Positions 6,134-10,795 of a stretch of DNA of 10,795 nt are shown piece after piece. This DNA is from Myxococcota bacterium (GTDB lineage: Bacteria > Myxococcota > XYA12-FULL-58-9 > JALHOP01), in the NCBI GenBank assembly GCA_041288095.1, contig JBGGMJ010000125.1, forward strand, positions 1 through 10,795, written 5' to 3'. The notes beneath the pieces were generated by a model. That model worked only from the letters and a program-made list of their open reading frames with translations. It did not search any database and was not told the DNA's origin. Within the stretch, counting starts at the first letter, position 1. Every line of letters starts with the position of its first letter. The translations under genes were made by a program, and so were the position numbers.

Positions 6134-7785
6134 TTGCGCAGCGCCGCCGTCTCACGACGCTTCGCCGCGAACTCCGCGTCGGGTTTCCACTCGACCCACT
6201 TCGCGTCTTGCGCGACGCGGTAGCCGAGCCTGAAACCGATTCGCAGGTCCTCCACTCCGCCGGCGAGATCCCAATCGGCGCCAACGACGTCGGAGGGCTT
6301 GTGGTAATCCTTCGCGAAGAACTTCGCGGACTGCTCGTCGCCGAAGCCCTTTGCCTTACCGATGTAGTCGTTGCCCTTGTAGAGCCAGAGCGCGGGCACC
6401 CCCGCTTTGGCGAACTCGAAGCTGTCGCCGCGATAAGGGGTACCGCGCTCCGGGTGCGCATCGGCGACGAGCACGCGTCCCACTTGTTTCGTGACCCACT
6501 CGAGCGCCTCGTCGAGCGTCGAGACGCGGTCACCGACGAGCTGCAGATCCTTGGTGCGGCCCCAGGGATTCACCCCGTCGAGGTTGATGTTCGCGAGTGT
6601 CCGCGCCAGCGGATACAGCGGATTCTCGACGTAATACTTGGCGCCGAGGAGGCCGCGCTCTTCACCCGTGGTCGCCACGAACACGACCGTGGCCTTGGCG
6701 GGCTTGTTCAACGCCTTGAACGCTTCGGCGATCTCGAGCATCCCCGACGTGCCGGATGCGTTGTCCAGCGCGCCGTGAAACACCTTGTCGCCCTCGCGCT
6801 TGTCGTCGCGGCCAAAGTGATCCCAGTGCGCCGAGTAGACGAGATAGCGCGCGGCGTCGGCCGCTTCGCTGCCGCTGATCTTGCCGATGACGTTGTGTGA
6901 TTGGACTTGTCGCTCGGTCCGCTCGAGCGTCATGCTGAGCTTCTGGCGCAGTGGCACCGGCTTGAAGTCGCGCAACGCCGCCGCCTTGGTGAGCGCCTCG
7001 AGGTCGAGACCGGAGTCCTTGAAGAGCCTGCGCGCGGCATCCTCGGTGATCCAGGACTCGATTGCCGCCCGGCCCGCGTTCTTGTCCGCCGCGACGGTCG
7101 CGAAGTTCTCGCGACCCCAGCTGTCGACGACGACGCTCCACGGGTACGCCGCCCGCTCGGTGTTGTGAATGATGAGCGCCGCGACCGCGCCCTTCTTGGC
7201 GGCGATCTCGAACTTGTAGGTCCAGCGGCCGTAGTAGGTCATGCCGGGACCTTTGAAGAGCTTGGGATCGAGCTTCGTCGGGTCCGCCGGGTCAGCGACC
7301 TGAGGGTCGTTGATGAGCATGACGACCGTCTTGCCGCGCACGTCGACGTCCTTGAAGTCGTCCCAGCCGTACTCGGGGGCGACGACACCGTAGCCAACGA
7401 AGACCATGTCCGTCTTGTCGATGGAGACCTTGGGCACCTGCCGCTGCGAGACGGCGACGAGATCACGATGGGCGAGGAGCTCTTCGCGTTTCCCCTGGGT
7501 GTCGAGCTCGGCGCGGTAGGTCGAGACGGCGCCGACGAGCGGCACGCGCTGCAGATAGGTGCCGTCGGGGTTACCCGGCTCGAGGCCAATGGCCTTCATC
7601 TGGTCGACCAGGTAGGCGACCGTCACTTCCTCGCCCTTGGTACCCGGCGAGCGGCCTTCGAAAACGTCGGATGCCATGGTTTGGATGCGCTCGAGCAACC
7701 CCTTGGACTCGATGGCCTTCTCGGCGGTCTGGAGCGGGCTCATCGGCGGTGCGGCAAGGAACAGAGCGACAATGAATGGGGTCAC
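6130..7785 (-). CDS. Secreted M28-family zinc peptidase with a PA domain
   Basis: Metal-ligand motifs SAHWDH, GALDNASG, GEERG, NINLD and DYH are present. The PA insert has VFVGYGVVAPEYGWDDF and YYGRWTYKFE. A GGGAG SD precedes GTG 7785. Confidence 0.95.
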   Translation of the reverse strand: MTPFIVALFLAAPPMSPLQTAEKAIESKGLLERIQTMASDVFEGRSPGTKGEEVTVAYLVDQMKAIGLEPGNPDGTYLQRVPLVGAVSTYRAELDTQGKREELLAHRDLVAVSQRQVPKVSIDKTDMVFVGYGVVAPEYGWDDFKDVDVRGKTVVMLINDPQVADPADPTKLDPKLFKGPGMTYYGRWTYKFEIAAKKGAVAALIIHNTERAAYPWSVVVDSWGRENFATVAADKNAGRAAIESWITEDAARRLFKDSGLDLEALTKAAALRDFKPVPLRQKLSMTLERTERQVQSHNVIGKISGSEAADAARYLVYSAHWDHFGRDDKREGDKVFHGALDNASGTSGMLEIAEAFKALNKPAKATVVFVATTGEERGLLGAKYYVENPLYPLARTLANINLDGVNPWGRTKDLQLVGDRVSTLDEALEWVTKQVGRVLVADAHPERGTPYRGDSFEFAKAGVPALWLYKGNDYIGKAKGFGDEQSAKFFAKDYHKPSDVVGADWDLAGGVEDLRIGFRLGYRVAQDAKWVEWKPDAEFAAKRRETAALRN

Positions 7786-7834
7786 TAGGGGCTCCCTGGT
7801 TGCCGCGGCGGGGTATCACCCTGGCCGCGTGTGA

Positions 7835-7890
7835 ACAACCAGACACCGCGCGAGGACAACCAGGCACCACCCGCGAAGCAACCTTGACCC
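7835..7890 (+). repeat. Three imperfect direct repeats with a CAACC core at 21-22 bp spacing in a divergent intergenic region
   Basis: ACAACCAGACACC (7835), ACAACCAGGCACC (7856) and GCAACCTTGACCC (7878). Confidence 0.55.
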
Positions 7891-7930
7891 CGAGACGCCG
7901 ACATTGAGGAGCCGTCAATTGGGAGCCCTC

Positions 7931-8254
7931 ATGACCAGCGACATCCGCCTTTCCAGCGTCTCGAATCGCACCCCCGACATCTGGCCGAGCAACATGGTTT
8001 CGCCGATGGCCGCTCCGTTCATCACCATGGTGAACAAGCTGTTCAGCAGCCAGGGCCCGCTCTCGAGCTACGAGCTCCAAAGCATCGAGCTCAAGGGCTC
8101 GCACTTCACCATCGGCGTCCCTTACGGTTGGCAGGCCGGTGTGCAGAAGGCGGTCGGTGACGTCATCAGGCGCCACGCCGCCGGCGACGTGAACACTCAG
8201 GGTTGGACCTTCGAGATCACCGACACGTCGAACAACGAGCTGCCGCGGGGCTGA
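7931..8254 (+). CDS. Hypothetical cytoplasmic protein (107 aa)
   Basis: A GGGAG SD at 7921-7925 precedes ATG 7931, which is preferred over the track start at 7904. Third codon positions are strongly G/C-biased. I recognise no motif. Confidence 0.8.
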   Translation: MTSDIRLSSVSNRTPDIWPSNMVSPMAAPFITMVNKLFSSQGPLSSYELQSIELKGSHFTIGVPYGWQAGVQKAVGDVIRRHAAGDVNTQGWTFEITDTSNNELPRG

Positions 8255-8255
8255 G

Positions 8256-9383
8256 CTACTGCCGGTTCATCCAACCGGCAATCGCAACGAGCCAGGCGAC
8301 ACGTTCGCCGGCTCGTCCGCTATGACGTTGCGGCTCCGGCGTAATACCGTGACGCGATAGGATCGGCTCCATCTGGCCGGGCTTGCTGCGCGTGAAGTTC
8401 GCGTAGGCCGCCTTGACGCTGACGGCGTCGCGGAACGGCGCGAGCGCCAGGAGCTGCCGCATCGTCGGATGGTTCCAGGTGACGAGCGCGTCGCTCGGTC
8501 GCACGAAGTCGCGGATAGCATCGCCGAGCTCGCTGGGCGTGATGCCCGCTTCGACACGGGCGCGACTGAGCCCCATGTAGTCGAAGCGCCTGTCGTCGAC
8601 CGCGGCACCGGGGCGGATGAGCCACTCACGATGCTCGCCGTCGGCGAGGCGCTGCAGGCAGACTTGCACGACCGCTTCGTGTTCCACGCCGTCGGCCTGG
8701 TAGACGACGTATTCGGTGTATCCGGCGACGAGCGCATCCCGATCCCGAAGCAGCGGGTGCGGCCGGAGCTTGCGCATGGGCGGTCGCTTGTGTCGGTAGG
8801 AGCCATTCGGCGGCCGCTCCGTATAGGCGATCTGTTGATCGATCATGCGCGCGAAGCGCGAGAGCAGCGCGTCCCAACCATTGGTTTCGGGCTCGAGCGC
8901 CACGAGCGCATGCACCAGCGCTTCCAACGTCGAGACGTAGTTGTCCTTGGGCTCGCGGCGGATGCGGTAGTTGCTGGGTGGCGGCTGCGCGAGCTTCACG
9001 TGCGGCAAGTCCGCGAGCCACGGGTTGTCGCGATAGAGGACCTTCGCCTGCGACCAGGTGCCGTCGATGGCGACGAGGGCGGTCGGCCGCTTCGATGCGT
9101 CGAGCTCGCTCACATCGCGGGCTTTCGCGGATGGGTAAAGGAGCGCCGCGCCCGGGGGAATCATCGAGGGTGTCACCTTGAGGTCCCAGGCGACGTGTAC
9201 CTCGCACCGTTCCAAACCCAGCCGCGCCAGCCGCTCGGTGCCCAAGGCGTGCCGTACCTCGCGCGGATGCTGGATGATCACCGCCTGTGTGCGATTACGG
9301 ACGGCCGGCCCCCCGCAGACGCAGACGACGGCGGGCTTGAAGCAGCGGTAGCAGTAAGCGCGTTGGGGTGAAGCTTCGGTCAT
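8256..9383 (-). CDS. DTW-domain protein (TapT/YfiP-like tRNA-uridine aminocarboxypropyltransferase) with an extra C-terminal domain
   Basis: N-terminal CxxC-x6-CxC, then QHPRE, LLYPS, IDGTWSQAK, YRIRREP and STLEA. About 185 additional C-terminal residues follow. Confidence 0.9.
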   Translation of the reverse strand: MTEASPQRAYCYRCFKPAVVCVCGGPAVRNRTQAVIIQHPREVRHALGTERLARLGLERCEVHVAWDLKVTPSMIPPGAALLYPSAKARDVSELDASKRPTALVAIDGTWSQAKVLYRDNPWLADLPHVKLAQPPPSNYRIRREPKDNYVSTLEALVHALVALEPETNGWDALLSRFARMIDQQIAYTERPPNGSYRHKRPPMRKLRPHPLLRDRDALVAGYTEYVVYQADGVEHEAVVQVCLQRLADGEHREWLIRPGAAVDDRRFDYMGLSRARVEAGITPSELGDAIRDFVRPSDALVTWNHPTMRQLLALAPFRDAVSVKAAYANFTRSKPGQMEPILSRHGITPEPQRHSGRAGERVAWLVAIAGWMNRQ

Positions 9384-9429
9384 GCTCGGGGCGCACCGTG
9401 CAGGCTTGGCGGCGCATTCGTCAACACGC

Positions 9430-9435
9430 TAAGGT
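9430..9435 (+). promoter_or_regulatory. Putative -10 box (TAAGGT) of a leaderless transcript
   Basis: Lies 6 nt before GTG 9442, with TTGGCG 18 nt upstream (9406-9411) and no SD. Confidence 0.5.
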
Positions 9436-9441
9436 CCCCGC

Positions 9442-10152
9442 GTGCACTCCCCCAAGCCCATTCTCGCTCTAGCGCTCGTCATGTCGGCCTGCGGTGGCTC
9501 GTCCGCGACCTTCGACACTGTCTACGAAGGCGGACAATACCATCTGGGCCCGGTCAACTACGACGAGACGCATTTCCACAACGCCTGCGCTCCCGCCACC
9601 AAGTACTCGCAACAAGTGCGACAAGCTCAAGGCGACATGCTCGCCGGCGTCTGGAGCGGGCTCGATGACATCGGCAACTTCTGCGACACCTGCATCCTCG
9701 TGAAGACCGCGCAGGGCAAAGAAGCGCTCTTGCGCGTCGTCACTTACGGCGACACCACGAAGAACAGCATCGACGTCAGCCAGAACGCCTTCGACATCCT
9801 CAATAGCGGAGAGTTTCCGCGCGAGATGACCTGGCAGCTCACGAAGTGTCCCGAGACGGGCGGCGTCATCTACGAGTTCCAGACCGCCGCCAACGAGGAC
9901 TGGACCAGCCTCTGGGTGCGCAACGCGCGCGTGCCGCTCGAGAAAGTCGAAGTGAAGAGCGTGAAGCACGCGTCCTTCACGAAGCTCGAACGCGCTGCCG
10001 ACGGCACCTTGACCGACACCCAGGGCTTTGGTCGCGGTCAGTTCACCATCAAGCTCACCGGCATCGACGGCGGCACCTACAGCGACACGTTCGAGTGGCC
10101 CGCGAACGGGCTCGGTGGCCGCACGCTCGTCGGTGAAGGTAACTTCGACTAG
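9442..10152 (+). CDS. Expansin-like (EXLX1/YoaJ-type, DPBB + CBM63) lipoprotein
   Basis: Lipobox MSAC. DPBB-like features are NAC, CDTCILV, IDVSQNAF and MTWQLTKCP. CBM63-like features are WTSLWVRNARVPLEKVEV and GFGRGQFTIKLTGIDG. Confidence 0.82.
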   Translation: MHSPKPILALALVMSACGGSSATFDTVYEGGQYHLGPVNYDETHFHNACAPATKYSQQVRQAQGDMLAGVWSGLDDIGNFCDTCILVKTAQGKEALLRVVTYGDTTKNSIDVSQNAFDILNSGEFPREMTWQLTKCPETGGVIYEFQTAANEDWTSLWVRNARVPLEKVEVKSVKHASFTKLERAADGTLTDTQGFGRGQFTIKLTGIDGGTYSDTFEWPANGLGGRTLVGEGNFD

Positions 10153-10158
10153 AGCAGC

Positions 10159-10629
10159 TCAGCCGCGCCAGAGCTCGACGCCGGTCGCGACGATGCGCAC
10201 TTCCCGCGCTGTTCCGTCGGCCGTCTTGCCACCGACAGTGCCGCCCTCGCTCTCCATGTGCGCGACTTCGCCGGCATCGACAGCCTTCACGGAAATGACG
10301 CCCTGCACGCGGGCATGGGCACCGCGTGAGTCGGTCGGCACGAAGAACCCGTAGTCCTTGAAGGTCACGCGGGCGCCGGCTGGCGCGTCGGCGGTCGGGG
10401 CGAGCTCCATCCAACAGCCTTTGACGGTGCACGCCTGACGAACCTCTCCGGTGAGCGTCACTGTCTTGTCGGCGTAGACTTCGGGCTTGGCGAGCACTTG
10501 CGCGAGGGTCGCCGACTCACCGCCATCGCGGATGGGAGCGCCGTAGGTGTTGCGCGGGGCGCTGGGCGGCTCGGCTTTGCCGCAAGCGGTGAACGTTACC
10601 AACGCGACGAGGGCGAGCATCGACTTCAT
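10159..10629 (-). CDS. DUF4920-like OB-fold lipoprotein
   Basis: Lipobox FTAC, then YGAPI, GEVRQACTVKGCWM, RVTFKDYGFFVP and a terminal ATGVEL. Confidence 0.85.
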   Translation of the reverse strand: MKSMLALVALVTFTACGKAEPPSAPRNTYGAPIRDGGESATLAQVLAKPEVYADKTVTLTGEVRQACTVKGCWMELAPTADAPAGARVTFKDYGFFVPTDSRGAHARVQGVISVKAVDAGEVAHMESEGGTVGGKTADGTAREVRIVATGVELWRG

Positions 10630-10635
10630 GAGCGC

Positions 10636-10641
10636 ACTCTA
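10636..10641 (-). promoter_or_regulatory. Putative -10 box (TAGAGT) of a leaderless transcript
   Basis: Lies 6 nt before ATG 10629, in the same CTAGAGTGC context as upstream of the kinase gene, with no SD. Confidence 0.5.
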
Positions 10642-10669
10642 GTCCGACGCGTGTTAGGCTGGGAAGCAC

Positions 10670-10795
10670 GTGAGCGACCACTCTGGCTCGATGGTGTTGG
10701 GCATCGTCGGCGGCATGTTCCTCGCCATTGGCTCGGTCTTGGCGACGGTCTTCTGCTGGGGATTGCCGACCGATCTCGGCATCGATCTGCACACC
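10670..10795 (+). CDS. Membrane protein, 5' part only (possibly DUF3592-like)
   Basis: Manual translation from GTG 10670 gives MSDHSGSMVLGIVGGMFLAIGSVLATVFCWGLPTDLGIDLHT, open to the edge, with one TM helix. An extended -10-like TGtTAGGCT lies at 10652-10660. The family guess is weak. Confidence 0.65.
   Translation, partial: MSDHSGSMVLGIVGGMFLAIGSVLATVFCWGLPTDLGIDLHT

Noticed and set aside
7835..7890. CRISPR or iteron interpretation of the CAACC repeats
   Set aside because: There are only three short degenerate units with ~8-10 nt between them, and no cas or rep gene.
7788..7929. Inverted repeat GGGCTCCC ... GGGAGCCC flanking the divergent intergenic region
   Set aside because: Both arms are simply the SD regions of the two divergent genes, and a similar GGAGCCC precedes the gene at 149. 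There is no recombinase or transposase nearby to suggest an invertible element or MITE.
10517..10792. 91-aa minus-strand ORF at the right edge
   Set aside because: It overlaps the DUF4920-like gene out of frame and is antisense to a better-supported plus-strand membrane protein starting at 10670.

Overview
GC-rich, densely coding bacterial window. The many short lipoproteins, a membrane Hanks kinase, a clostripain and an expansin suggest a Myxococcota-like organism, which is an inference. I support 11 complete CDS plus 2 edge-truncated ones: a partial lipoprotein, a Cys-motif lipoprotein coupled to a clostripain (C11) lipoprotein, a Cys/His hypothetical protein, a 6-TM Ser/Thr kinase, a TonB-C-like lipoprotein, a lipoprotein SAM methyltransferase, an M28/PA peptidase, an orphan, a DTW (TapT-like) protein with an extra exonuclease-like domain, an expansin-like lipoprotein, a DUF4920-like lipoprotein and a partial membrane protein. 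I saw no RNA genes, mobile elements or CRISPR arrays. The best leads are: (1) the DTW domain fused to an apparently dead DEDDh-like domain; (2) a clostripain lacking the activation loop, coupled to a candidate partner or inhibitor and preceded by a perfect 18-bp palindrome; (3) four genes with TANNNT exactly 6 nt before an SD-less start, which suggests leaderless mRNAs; (4) an apparently exported His-rich methyltransferase; (5) phased repeats upstream of the orphan gene. All family calls come from motif recognition by eye, not from database searches.
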